Origin: Balanoglossus misakiensis
Taxonomy: Eukaryota > Animalia > Hemichordata
Length of the DNA: 64,000 nucleotides
Direction: 5' to 3'
Assembly: GCA_040954595.2 (NCBI GenBank)
Contig: CM082593.2
Coordinates: 3,799,434-3,863,433, forward strand
Below, piece after piece: positions 25,201-38,874 of this stretch. The notes beneath the pieces are model-generated. The model saw only the letters and a list, made by a program, of their open reading frames with translations, did no database searches and had not been told where the DNA came from. How positions within the stretch are numbered: position 1 is the stretch's first letter; each line of letters opens with the position of its first letter. The position numbers and the translations under genes are program-made.

Positions 25201-28200
25201 CAGCTACCACAGTAGACAGGCAAACTCCGTACGGTGGGCTCCAAAAACCCCTCCAAGGCGACGGCACAGCTACCAGACCAGAATCACAGAATCAAAAGGA
25301 GCCACACGACAACGTGGCACTGGGTGGCTTTTACACGACCAAAAACTAACACCTGGTCACGCTAATATGTTAAATAAAGAAATCAACATAGGTGCACCTG
25401 GCCAAACAAACAAAACAAATAAGAAACTTCATCACAATGAGTTAACGTCAAACTTGAATAAAAAATAAAATATTGGTAAACTCATAGTTATGGCATTTTT
25501 AAAAATCTACATTGTGGAAAGCTCCGATGTTCGCTGTGACTTGTGGCCAAATTAAAATTACATGTACATGTGCATATGATTGCATGTAACAAACGTATTA
25601 ATAATAAATAGTAACACAAGTTTACTTGTCATTTGAGGTAATTCTCTAAGCGCTGATTACTGTAGCGTTCCATATTAATGCCGGTAAAGCAGAGTGTCAA
25701 AGGCACCACTGTAAGCCCCTTGTCACACATGTTTTACACGAAAATGCATTGGCAGCCATATCTTATAATATCAACCTAATTGACAGGCTATTAAATTGAT
25801 ATTAAAATAAATCTCCCATATAGAAATTTTGAAAATTGGTTTTGGGGATATGCTGTAATTGACAATATTTTTGTTGGCGTCTCTGATGAAATTTTCACAA
25901 ACATAATAGCGAATTAAGGGAGCGAAAGTCTCTTTGCTGTGAACTTTTGACTCGCGACTTTCTGCTAGATGAAATATGGTCGCAGCATGACTTTCTAATC
26001 AGGGAAGGGACAAGTTTCTGGTGAAATGCGCTTTATGGCTCCCCTAGCTTGCCACTCAGTTTTGTCATCGGAGAGGAAATCGCAGGTGTGATGCTGTCCG
26101 CTGGCTATATTGTCAATGATTGTAAATAATCAACAGAAAACTGCTGCCATCGTTCAGAGAACGTCGACCCTTGAATTGGTTTATTATTCAGTTAATAAAA
26201 ACATCCAAATAAAGTGTTCTGATTTTATTGGATTCGCCGTTTAGTTCGTTTATAAATTTCACCGCAATAAAGCGTTACGCACACGCAGGTACTGGGTTTA
26301 TTGGCCGGATAACGGAAGAAGATTTGCGCAAAGGGTTGGGAGGTTTTCGTACTTTGAAATATTGATTCTGCGACTCGTATCTCGGCGGATGACTGCGAGG
26401 ATCGGATTTTAACACTTCAGGGGAGAAGAAACCTTTGACGTTGTTATTTTTTCTCCGATAACAGAACACAGAATCCAGATTGCATTTCGGCGTCAATATT
26501 CACACGTCTTAAAAACGGCCACCTTCTTATGATTTCTTATAAGATTTGAGTGCATTCGTATAATCCGATATTGGACATTTAGTCTTAATATTTAATATCA
26601 GAATTAAGATTGCGAGTTTGCTGGTGGGGCAACGCGTTCTCCTTCGCAAGCCTTGCAGTGGAGATAACTGATTCCCCGAAGAATCATAAAATCCTTTGTT
26701 GAAAAATTCATAAGTGTCTCAGTGTTTCATAACATTCGGATAGTTTTCAACACCTTCCTGAAGACGTTTTCCCCTGGGAGGCGCTGAGAAGATTCACGAG
26801 ATTACTGGAACATGACGACATAACTATTTCTCAAAAGACAGAGACAAAAATCATAATTCAAAATATTGCTTTGCGATGAAATACACCCACGTCGTGTGAC
26901 CGTTCAAGATATCTGGACGAAAATATGTAAAACAAGCCTTCTCATAAACATGTATAATTGAATAGCAATATTTGTCAATGTTTAGCAGCGCACATGGAAC
27001 AGTTCTGAAAAATCCATAAAAGTAATTCGAAGACAAATACATTTCCTCTCCAATGACGCGTTATGAATCACCTGTTAGAGATTTTATGCCAAATTATAAC
27101 CCCATAAATTAATTAAAAGTGACACTTTTACGTGATTCTCAAGGGTCCTTATAGATGCCGTTACATAATATGTGTCTGGGCATTTGAAAGTGATATACAA
27201 GAGAAATCATGTTTTTGCATTATTGATTCAAGGTAACGTGACGTCACAATATGATATTTGTTCGAGAGAGAGAGGGAGATAGCGGAGAGAGACAGAGACA
27301 GATAGACAGACAAACAGGGACAGAAGCAGAGAGAGAGACAATGTTTTCTAGTTTAATTCAACTCATAGCGAATCCTTTAACATGGAAGACATATATATTT
27401 GTCACTTGGAGGCACGAAAAATATCTAGATGATATCACCAATCACGGAAAGGAAGTGGAATTTAAAAATAAATGTGAGAAATCTAAATTTTTAAAAGCGC
27501 TTAACTTTCTACGAGTGAAGATTGTTGAATAAGTAAGCCATTTCAAGAAAACGGGAGAATTGAATTTAATAATTAAAGGAAAACTTTGATTGATAAAATA
27601 TACATCGGAAATATCGGTGTTGATTACTTTAGCTGACGGTGGGCTCAAACGGCCTGGAAATCACGCCTGACTCTATTATCAGCGCACTGGTGCAAACTCT
27701 CACAGCAGCTGTACCCTGTCTTGGCAAGATTGATATATTACGCAGGGTGACTGCCAAACTAGCTGCAGTCAAGCAACTGGCTCAACTTTGTTTTACGCGA
27801 TATTAAGCATATTGAAGGAATTAGACCTGTTTAAACGGTAGCTGCTCAGCGCTGTGTGCTCGTAACATAGTTGCCTGAAAGCCATGTGCTATCAATGGAT
27901 TCCCGCCGGCAAAGGTGAGGCTCTCGCTGCGCGGTGCATTACGTATCTTAGTGCGTTCCTCCGGGCTGAAACATGAGTATAATGCACACACTAACGCTTA
28001 TGAAGAACTTCAATTATTTTTATGGACTTGTAGAGTATGAGGTACTTCCCGTGACCTCTATTGGTCGGCCTTTTTCCTTGAAAACCAATCGACAAGATGC
28101 GTCATGTTATAAATTAGGAGTAAAATTGTATATTAAAAAAATCCAACTTGTCGCTTAAGGACGTGAAACGGAATCAGAATTTATGCCTTCCTCTGTATCA

Positions 28201-29099
28201 ATAGTTCAGTGTTTTAATATCGAGTTAAGTTTATTAATATTACGGTATTGACGCTAATACAGCGTGTTTTTGATTGGGCCCTAGAACTACTAAGAAGACA
28301 TTTGCTGTTTTACTAAACTCACGCCATATTGAATCTCTCTCAGTACAGCTTTCTAAAATTTTGGCTCCAATTAAGATATGTGCAATTTTCGCACGAGATT
28401 TGTAGAATAAAATAGGGAGCACTTAGCTCTAAGTAACCGCCATATTTGAGCATAGGTGTCCCAGGTCACGTTGTATTCTATGCATCGTGTTTACCGGTGT
28501 TCATATACATGTACGCTTGCGTGCGAGTGATTCACGTTTGGAAAGATATGTTTTCACAGTATCCTTCTTTATAGCGCTGCTAGCACGCTCTATGTGACTA
28601 ATTGTTAGCCTGGAACTCAATAAGTCAGATGACAGAGTATTATAACAACCTAACAATATTTACAACAAGGTTTCAGACTCCGTGAGACCAAGCTTCGGAA
28701 GGTGTGCACTGATTATGAGCTGAGTCCGGTTGGTGGCCATGTTTACTTCTATTTACACGACTAACACACGCGACAGTGATACATTCACGACAAATTACAT
28801 TAAAATCCTGCTAACCAATTCAGACTTTAAAAAAAAGGAATTGTGTATTTCGCTTTTTACGGTGATGTTCGATCAACGTAGTTGGGTTTAGAAAGGCACA
28901 GCTGTGTTGCTGGAGTCTCTTCTGTTACACCGTGCGCGTCATTGGATATTTATCGAATTAGTGATTTTTTCATCTTACAGAAAAGCGAACCAAAACCGCG
29001 CGGAAGGAGAGAAACTGAATCGCGGGAGAGTTGACAGATAGGCTTACATACAGCAGTCACTGATTTCGCATGTATAATGGACCGCCATCACCACTCAGT

Positions 29100-30530
29100 G
29101 TCGGGTTGCACTTCTTGACGTAATGCAAATTTAATTTCGACTTCTTTCTTTCGCGACAGTCGAGTGCCAGCGCAACAAAAGAAAGCCTTTCAACAAAGCC
29201 AAACTGGCACGCGGCGCGCGTGGGGCGGATTCAAAAACTCGCGCAGCTATATATACGCGCGCGGTGGCTGGCTGGGCTTTGCGCGCGGGTGCTCTATCTG
29301 GCTATCCCGGCAACTTGAACCAGCGTCGCCCCGCTGCAATGATTCATGTTTGTGTCAGTGATTGATGTTGTTGAGCGAGGGGGGGGGGGGTGTTCTGAAT
29401 CGGTAGACTTTGGTGGCAACAAGACCTACATTGGCACAATGACGTCAGCAAAACGAACGCACCAATTCACATTTCTTGCCGTTTTCCGCTGAGAAACATT
29501 TCAAATCTTAGATTTTACAAGAATGGCAGCGGCAAACATTCAAGAGTGGAAAATATCCCTTTCAAATGTTGAAACTAAAGTAACCGAACCGGTCTTCATT
29601 TTTTTTCCTGCGAAACAGATGGCGACAAAGCTATATGCTATTAGCCAACAAAAAGATATTCTTGCCGGCCAATAAAGTAACTCGGACAAAATGAACCGTC
29701 AACAGCAAATTTGTGTATACATTCGGCAAGCATAAGTAATAAGCTTCGGCATATGTTCGATGAAATGACAAAAAAGGGTGAAACTGCTCCCTCGCATTTC
29801 TGTAGAAATTTGACTTTTCGCCGCCTAGCAACTCCCATGACCAAGTATTACGTCAATACGCGTTCGGCACTGGCATGGCAACGTAGGCGACGTGGCAAAA
29901 TGCGCCGTTTTGATGTGCGCCCTGGTAATACGCTCGTAGTTTAATTGGCTGGGGCCCCGAGTCCGACCGATAAAACAGTAGTACAACTTTAAGGTGACAT
30001 CTGTTCGGCTATAAGGTTTGTCATACCCTATTATTCTCTGGCTAACGTTTTCAATAAGATAATCAGATTCAACCGATAAAGCGACCAATCAGGTGTGAAA
30101 TTCTGTTGAGGACGAGGACGGCGCGTGCGCAGAATTCGACAGCGCGCCCCACGGGACTCTTATACATGCATCGTTTGCTAGAACTGGGAAGGCAAACCGG
30201 AGCGGTGTAAACACTAGCTCTACGGTGAACCGAAATTGGAACAGATTGGTTGTAGCGTTTGTAATAATAACAGAATAGCCGGCTTGCGATACCAAAAGGC
30301 CCAGCTCCGTGCGTACGTACGCGGGGACGGTTTCTTGTCATCAGCCAAAGCCGAGGACGAGGACGACCGCGGCAGAAGGTAGGTGTGAACTGGATTTTTT
30401 TCCCTTCCTTTCCCCGTTCGGGTGACGGCCGTTCGTCGCTCTGCATCGCGGATCCATTTCTCCATCTCGATCACGGATGAATGGTGGAAGACAGGGCGGA
30501 CGCTTCGGGTGGCAGGCTCCGACTCCAGAT
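29100..30530. promoter_or_regulatory. CpG-rich promoter-like region, likely for the PRDM8-like gene
   Basis: Dense CGCG runs against an AT-rich background; ATGCAAAT 29123-29130, GGGCGG near 29223, TATATATA 29248-29255, TGACGTCA 29440-29447, CCAAT near 30085; strong donor AAG|GTAGGT at 30378/30379. Confidence 0.5.
30190..30378 (+). other. Putative non-coding first exon (5' UTR) of the PRDM8-like gene; 5' boundary uncertain
   Basis: Consensus donor at 30379 inside the CpG-rich region; matching strong acceptor ttttatctgcacag at 45484 upstream of the ORF. Confidence 0.4.
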
Positions 30531-33461
30531 CAGCATATGTTACTTTAGTTGAGCTATTCAAAACGTCTTTGGTCGCAATTGAAAGGCCTGTGTTATACCA
30601 GCATAATACCGTGTATTTATTTTCTCGTTAGAAACACAGCAACACGTGCAAGAGAGTATTATCTCGAACAAACCTCTGCGATCGATAAGGTCCAGATATA
30701 TCACGTTTTTATTTCAAGTTTCCCCGTCTGACGATTTTGCTTAATATTCCATCAAAGTTAAAATCGAAGACCCGACTTTGGCTTCACCGGCCTAGGAAAG
30801 AAATAACTGAACATACGCCTTTTTGTGTTCTTTGTAACGGCGCTCTCTGTATTAGAATGGTTGTCTATTGTCGACGCTGTTGGAAAACCATGTTAAAGGG
30901 GTTACACGACATGATCACACTCCTACTCAAAGGGCTCTATCCAAGGTCCCGTCTATTTGTCGCAACAAAGCGTCGACCCAGCCCCGTAATTACTGTGGAA
31001 GTTGCTCTTCTTGTCAGACTAGGGAATAAGTTGCCGTGGTCGTTGATATTCAAAGGAATACGCAGCCATTGTCGGGCATTATTGACATTTTGTTGCCGAA
31101 ATCGTACGCGTGAAATGTCCGCGATTTGTTTTATTGATATTTGCGTGTACCTCACTCCAACAATTAATATCCGAGTACAGTTATATTTCGATCAGCAGCT
31201 CAGGAACCAGGGCTTTCAAAGTTGCCACTGTATCAACGCGCCCTCTTTTTGCCGTATCTTGATTTGAATGAGCGTCATTGTTAAGAAATTATAATTAATT
31301 ACTCGGCGAGTCGACACAGTGCATCTGCTCGTTTGCACGATGTACGTCCGAATGACCGGTCCGCGCCAATAACAACGTTATTGTATTTAACCTTTTTTGT
31401 CCTTTCGAACGACGATTGCGCAAGTTCGTTTAGTTCCCTTGGACCAGCAAATGACCGGCTACTCGGTGTTTGCCGACTGATGCAAGAAACGCGCGTGTCG
31501 GAAATGGAAGCCTGTGAAACCATGCAGAGACACTCACAAAAGAAAACCCGTAAAATAATTATGGTTTATCGAGAAGGGAGTGAATTATTAAAATCGTGGC
31601 GAGGAAAAAAAAATTGCACGCAATCGGGGATGATGCTGTTTCCATGACTCCAGCGGAGGATTACTACATCTAACTTATTTTCTAAATTGAAAACACAGCC
31701 GCTCCCCTGGCACATAACTTTTTTACAGTTACGAGAGGGGACACTTCCGAATACAGCAACGCGCCGTGTGCTATCAAAGAGAACACTTTAATGACTGTAT
31801 AACAAGACACTTTCATATTACCTCCCCGAATAATCAATATCATAAGGGCCAAACGCAAGCAACTTCAATTAATTTTTTCTTCTCCTACGTCTGACATCAC
31901 CACTTTTATCGCCATCTCTGTGCCAGGCATTATCCTGGTCGATCTGAACCATATAACATCTCATCTGAAGGCGAAATGTATATTCTGAAACATTATTGTG
32001 TGCGTGGGCTGCGACTGTGGTGAAGCTGGGAAGCGTGGAGTAATTTGTCCTAAACACCCAAGGATTATTTTGAATCTGACATATTTCGATAGTTTGCATC
32101 ATTGCTGTTACTGAATACCTCTGCGTTAATAAAATTGCAGAAAATTCAGTGAGCTGAACATGCTTTGGCGGTCAATAATGGACGAGGCGATATCATTAAA
32201 CGAAACGACGATATTTCCACCGTACAGACGTCGAGAGGAACGGTTCTGAAAGGACGAGATTTTTAAGTGCTGGAAATCACGCTAATCAATTAATTTCATT
32301 GCTTGATCAGATTCTGTACAATATGCTTTTTATATTTGAATGAAAACGAAACAAATACTGTCCCGTGGCGGATGCATGGAACCAGGCGCTTGGTTGGCAT
32401 ATCTGGAAGCTGGTGCAATTTCATTTGCTTGGATTTTCTTCGGGGCAAGCGCGGATAAGACGCATTAGAGAACCTGGCCCTCTCGTAGCCGAATCTGAAC
32501 TGGCGCGTGTACATATCCTGATTTCTGATCGGGTTAATGAAAAGCCGTCGGTGGAATTTTATTTGTAGTGTACACTCTCGGGGTTGCCATCATGTCGATT
32601 TCATGTCAATTTCACTGAGTGGCGACATATGCGCTGCATCTCGGAGTCCCCGTGTTCTCCTTCGTTGGGGGCACCTTCGCCATTTCTGCGTCTTCTGGAC
32701 TACCCCAGTGCGACAGGCGAGGAAAGAGAGTTTGGGGACCTGTTTAAAGTTCAAGCGTCCCACTCAGTGCATTAAACAGCGATTGCAATCACTGAACAGA
32801 TATTGCTTGATAGACCTGGCAGTGGGAAAGCTTGTGTCCTTGAGTCCCGTTGGCAGTCAGAAGTACATTTAACTAATCGTACCAATATATCATTCCGTGT
32901 TGGCAGTTCGATAACACACGCATTGGTCTTCGCATCTAACCGTGTACGCTGCATGTACAGAATATCCAATAATATGTTTCAATGTATAAGCCACTTCATA
33001 CACGTACAAAATATGTGAGGGCTCAGACAAAATAATTGTTATGATAATTTGTCGAAAGAGAACAGAATAGCCACTGTGTGCCCCAAAAATATGGCGCTAT
33101 TGGTTTTTATTGAAGCATGGTATAATTGCAATACATTGATACCACTAGTTCCATCAGCGAAGAATACACTACAGGAAACGATTTGACCACACGAATCTTA
33201 GTAGGACATGTCGGTAATTTCCTGATAAAGCTGTGCTTTTAAAGCATCTGGCTTTTCAGACGTGTTAGAGTCTACCGCATATGCAAGCTGAATGACATTT
33301 CCGTCGCGTGATCGGACTCGAAAACGAACGTGTCGTAGGCCTTTGTGTAAATTGCTCCGTGTTTAAAACGATTTGGTTATTTTCGTCGCGCAGTTAATAT
33401 GTGGTTCGATCTATCATTTACCGAATCAGTATTAATTGATGCTCGCATTTGATAGTTTCAA

Positions 33462-33523
<62 letters not shown>
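33462..33523. repeat. (AATC)n microsatellite inside an imperfect inverted repeat
   Basis: About 15 AATC units; arms at 33429-33458 and 33571-33609. Confidence 0.85.
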
Positions 33524-34834
33524 CCAATCTAAAGCAAGTAAGCAAGTAAGCAAGCACATTCGTATCTATAAAACTATCAAATCGTGCAAGTATGAACATC
33601 GATTAATACACTAATCACCGATTGCTCCTATTCGATAAAAAATCTATTGCAGCACATTTTAAAATCACTTGAAACTACCGCCCCATTATTACAAACACAT
33701 TATTCCTGCAACCATCTGCGAATGTTGTCAATTTCACCGTTACCTAGCTACCGTTTCACTGGTCCCAACGCAGTCAGTCGACCGACGGTGCTTAGGTTAG
33801 CTGCTCGCGGAGGCAACGCAGCTGCGTTAACCGAAGACTAATACTGTATAGTACAGTTTAGTGCTGTTTAATGCACGCTTGTCGAATGAAAGTGCCAGGA
33901 AATTGTTTACCTTTCACATGTAGTCGTTTCCTGTGAACCTCCTTGGAACTGCATATCTGAATGAAATTAGTTTGCTTGTTCTGAGGTTGTAAAGTCAATC
34001 GCCTCTTATGTTTTGTTTGCAATTTTTTAATGACCGAACGACGCGGTAAAACGTTACTGGGCAGTCTCATTGAAATGCGAATTCAGTGCTTGTAGCAGGG
34101 AGGCGACATGCAAAAGCCGGCGATTTATGCGCGGCGTGTCTGGGGATGCTGGAGCGTACATCACCCCTCGCAGTCCCTTGGTCGTTAACAGTCTGAGATG
34201 AGACTGGTATGGCTTCGAAGACTTAGTAGCCGATAATCTCTCTTTCCATCATCTAAACAGATTATAACTCAGAAAGTTCTTCGACTAGCTGTGTTAATCA
34301 TAATGATTATACGCTTTGACGGTAAATAGCAAATTTTCTACGCACGTGTAATTTCTAAAACTCGAATTGTGCGATTTTGCATTGAGTGTTGGAGGGTGCT
34401 AAACCGTATACTCGATGGATTGGCGATGTGGGCCCAGGGATTAGCTTTAAGTACTTAGATTCCAGTAGATTGGCAAAGTGCATATTGCTTGAATTTGCCA
34501 ATGATTTATTTCTTATTGGTTGCTGTGTGTAGACCCCGAACAAAAGCATATGAAAGGAGAAGGCATAATTTGTTTTGGACAGATACTGTCAAAACGGCTC
34601 CCCTAGCTTACCCCTTCTTGCCACGATTGAAAATGCTGCACCGCCTTTGTACACTAAGTCAATGTACGTTTTCTGTTTCAGATTTCGCCGGCGTGGCGTT
34701 CGACAAGGTGCATAAAGGTAGCAGATATCTACGTGCATGGGCTATCGCTACTATAAACGTAAAGACTGTACAAGTAAGTTGATAATGTTTACATGGAAGT
34801 TTGCCATCATGTGTGTGAGAGTCAGTCCGTCAGC

Positions 34835-34895
34835 TAGTCAGTCAGTCAGTCAGGCAGGCAGGCAGGCAGGCAGGCAGACAGACAGACAGACAGAC
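34835..34895. repeat. Compound (CAGT)(CAGG)(CAGA) tetranucleotide microsatellite
   Basis: Directly visible. Confidence 0.8.
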
Positions 34896-37800
34896 GGAGT
34901 GGTTGAAGCTAAACATAACGTACGTAACAAAATATGGCATCGAAACCTATTTCGAAGAATGTATGGAAAAAACATTGTGCAACACTATTTGGCAATATGT
35001 TTATTTTTTATGTTTGATGGCTGTACGTCAAAACAATAACCGCGAGTACTTAACAGCCGAACGCCAATAGAGGAAACGATTCGAATAGTGGCAATTGACA
35101 TGAAGTGCCGCATTAAGTATTAAATTCATCTGACAAGTTACCGGTTGAAAAGTGCGGTAGGAAAAATAGCATTGTACATACAATCAAGTGAAGCAGGCCA
35201 CTGATGTGACTAGTGTGAGTTAAGGTTTGAAAATATGGCGTTTGAAATCTGCTAATAGTCGCGAAAGTGGCTTTTGATCGTTTGAAACTGCACGGCAATA
35301 CGGATCGAATAAACGTGTTTGTATCCATTTGCCAATCAATCTGTCACGACCGTACGCATACAAATGTGTACCATACATATCCGTTTTTTGTGTCCGGTTG
35401 ACGGGTGATATTTCAGCGGGGACGTCGACCGGGGCTGAAGGGATGTCCGCATTGTGGTAGGGAACTTAAAGGGGCTGGTCGGCCCCGGCGTCCCGCTTCA
35501 TCGCTGCACTGGGCGAGTGATAGCAGACAGTACAAGATTCTACGACATATGGTCTCCCAAATACCATTTAAATTATTAGCCTTTATGGGCTTGTGTGACG
35601 TCACCGTTAAACCTTCAGAGAATTGCCGCCAAATCTCTAGTGGGCTTGCAAAATGATTAGTGGCCGGGAGCGCACCTGCACCCAAGAGCGGAGAACAGGC
35701 GGTAAAAATTGTCCCTGATGTTTCCTTGGCAATTTGTTGGACGGCAAGCATAAAAAATCGCATGAAGCCGTTACAAACGTCATCGATTTTTTTGTCATCT
35801 TTTTTACAGCGCGATTTCGCTAATTTTGTTCAAAATAAAAACAATGTGGAATTCTGGTTCCGCTGTCACAGTTTTTTGATGCTGCGATCGCTCAGAACAC
35901 GGAAATGCATTGTACGCATTATGAATATTACATTCCGGTTTAGCTGAAACATAATAGCAGGGGTCAGAACGTGCCGTTCCATTCAGTGATGTTACTTATC
36001 AACTCCCAGCACTGACACATACCGTATACGCGTTTATCCGTTCATATCTGCTGCAACTGCCGCGCCGCAGGATTATTCGAAACGTACGAAATCAATGATG
36101 TCCATCATTGATTAAATTCAACATGGCCAGACCTCAAAACCACTGGAGAGCCCCCCCCCCCCCCCCCCCCCCGTCTCGCACAACACGACATCGGCACAAT
36201 TCGAGCACGTCCCTGATTCGTCAACAAAGTACCCCAATGTGCTTTCACATCTGTTAAAGCCAATACCATCCAGTGACATGCGTAGCCGGACTTCTGCTGT
36301 GAGTGTAAATGTACAAGACGAGGTGTGGTCCCAAATAGTCCTTGTTAGCGAGGCCACCATTCCCCTGATGGCTTTCGATTCGCCACAGCAGCAGGTTTCC
36401 CCTCTCTCTCTCTGCGGCTGTCACCTCATTTTTCACTCTGGGCAAAAGTTGCAAAGGTGTGATACGAAGCTGTCATCATTTCTATGACTATATAGCGCTG
36501 ATTCATAGCGTTAATTATCTCATAGGATCGAGCACGTGCACATAACCGCCACCAGTGCTAAGGCAGCGCCCGCCATATTTGTGACAGGTTTATGAAAGAT
36601 GATTGCCGACTGCGCAACGAGATTTGTGCGTTTGAGAGTAGGACATGCTTAACGTAGTTGTGGTAAACACCAGAGTATAGAATTGACTGCATATAGGAAG
36701 AGAACCGCGTGACGACTTGCTTGGCACGGTGTAGGCCAAGGTTAAGAATAAAGTAAACTATATTGGATGAATTTGAACTCTAGGTGGAAGTAATTGATAT
36801 TTGGTAATTCGATAAAATATGGTTAAAGCGTCGGCCGCAGAAACAGATTGAAAGTAATTGTCTGCGCTCAAAACAGGCAGGTATGCCGGCAGACTGTCAA
36901 TATATATGTCACAGAAAGACAGACAGACAGACGGACAGACAGACAAACGAATGCTTGTCATTGACGAACTCAAAGCGTACTTTTCGCAAAATGATCAATC
37001 TACCAGATTAGTGTACTCATTGATTGATCAACAAATTGATTAATTGAAGAGCCGGGCCATTGACAAGGTAACTAAGTGTCCCAACTAACCACTATTAGAG
37101 TAATCACTCGAAAGGGGGAATCCATTTCCTTGTTATCTGTTCGCCCACTTTATTTTTCTGAAGTGCATTTTCCTTCTCGTCAGCGCTCGTACCCGGGATC
37201 GCAGTAAATCAATTAAACGCTGAACGATTCAATTACACGACACGTTGCTTCCCCAAATCTGCGATTTTCAAACCAGGCAGCTGTGGTCGTAAATTGAACC
37301 TTGAACGATGACAGTGTCGAAGTGACCTGACGTGGGTTTAGTAGGCTAGGCTAGGCCGAGCTTGACAAGTTTGTTGGCAGCGAGAGCAGTGCGCCTGCTT
37401 CATTACAAATTAATTATAAAACGGTATGTTTCGCTTGTCTCTCACTATCCGACCGTTAATTATTGATGGCCCGATCGACAACGCGGCGCAGCAGCTTGTC
37501 ACCCCAATTTGGCCGATTATAGTCGATCATCTGAAACAAAACCTTTAATAACGCCTAATTGATGATCATCATTTTCTTGCTTGTGAATAATTTATCCAGT
37601 GACCTACCGAGCGACGGGCAGAATACGTAAACGATTTCCACTCGGAAATGTGACCGCGCGATGAACGCAGAGTGTACGATACTGTTTGACGTAGAAATAA
37701 GGTCAAAATTCAGCTAGCTGACCTCGGGGATTATGGTATAGTTTCTATGGAAACGAACTCCAGGCATTAGACGACTAGCACTGCAGTAATACAATCACCC

Positions 37801-38734
37801 ATCAGTGAAAAAAATGAAACACTTCTCCACCGTGCAACTTGTCGGATTAGTGAGAACAGAGTATTTTCTAAACTTTACCGAACTTCAACATTAATACCAA
37901 TATCAAAACTTTGTGTTGAACCGTTGACTTCTTTCTTTGATAATATTCATCTGACCCCGGGGTCCGTTCTACTTTATTAGCCAAATCATATAGCCAGATC
38001 AAAATCTCAAACAGTATGCACACGTGCTTTAATTGCCCATGTAGCTTTTTACAGTGAGGAAGCTTGACGTATGAATTTATATGTATGTCAAAGGGAATTC
38101 TGCAAATGAATAGGGTATTTTAAGTGTGCAGTAAAAGCAGAATCGGAAGTACTTTCCATAAAAGCATACTTTAATTTTCATTATACATACCGTGGTATTT
38201 TTTGACATTCGTTTCAAAAAGCGTCGCCGTTCGCCTTACAAGCGAAATGAAGAACGCTGAACCCGAAGCGATTTGTTTTTGTCAGAATCACTTAAAACTC
38301 TTTTATCGCGCAGCTATTCAAATCGACTGGTCGGTTGTTATGTCGGATCAATTCAACCGTAATTACGCGTTTCGTGTCTTTCTCCAAGTCGACCAGAAAA
38401 CCGGATGTTGAAACGTGCTGACGGCATCCTGGGGAAGTGGTTTTCGTGTTGCAATACAGGAGGTAGCATGATGGTCGCAATCGACTCAATAAACTGCCGC
38501 GGATTTATTGTTTAGACTTATAATGGTCTCGCTAATGGTAGGCAGAGTTCAAATAGCGATTCTACCCTTAGCTTGTAAATGTAGACTGTTTCTAAAATAT
38601 CCAGAAGTGTGGTTTCTGTACAGTCGGTGCCGGTTACAACATTTACGTCATTCAAATGCTCTAGGTCGCGATAATTCCCCGGTAACAACATCGCAGAGAC
38701 AGACAGATCGACCGACAGCGACATATAGTGTTTG

Positions 38735-38874
38735 GAATGGCGTATTTGAGTGTTCTAAAGAACATGTGGTGGCGCTCTTTTTTCGAGTGTGCCACCCAAT
38801 GAAAATCTGTGATTGGCTAGATCTCACTTTGCCATGGTAACTGTAGCTAAATTTGCATAGGTGATCGTATACCT
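38735..38874 (-). mobile_element. Truncated, longer member of the MITE family seen at 4362-4482 (opposite orientation)
   Basis: Aligns to the reverse complement of about 4362-4439 (atggcgtatttgagtgttcta ... ccatggtaactgtagctaaa ... cgtatacct) with about 60 extra internal bp; TTAA at 38875-38878. Confidence 0.75.

Noticed and set aside
27707-27770. Short hairpin containing TGGCAAGAT (miR-31-like seed); also TATTGCAC (miR-92-like seed) near 40427
   Set aside because: Only seed-length matches; the stems are too short for a pre-miRNA and the rest does not match the known mature sequences.
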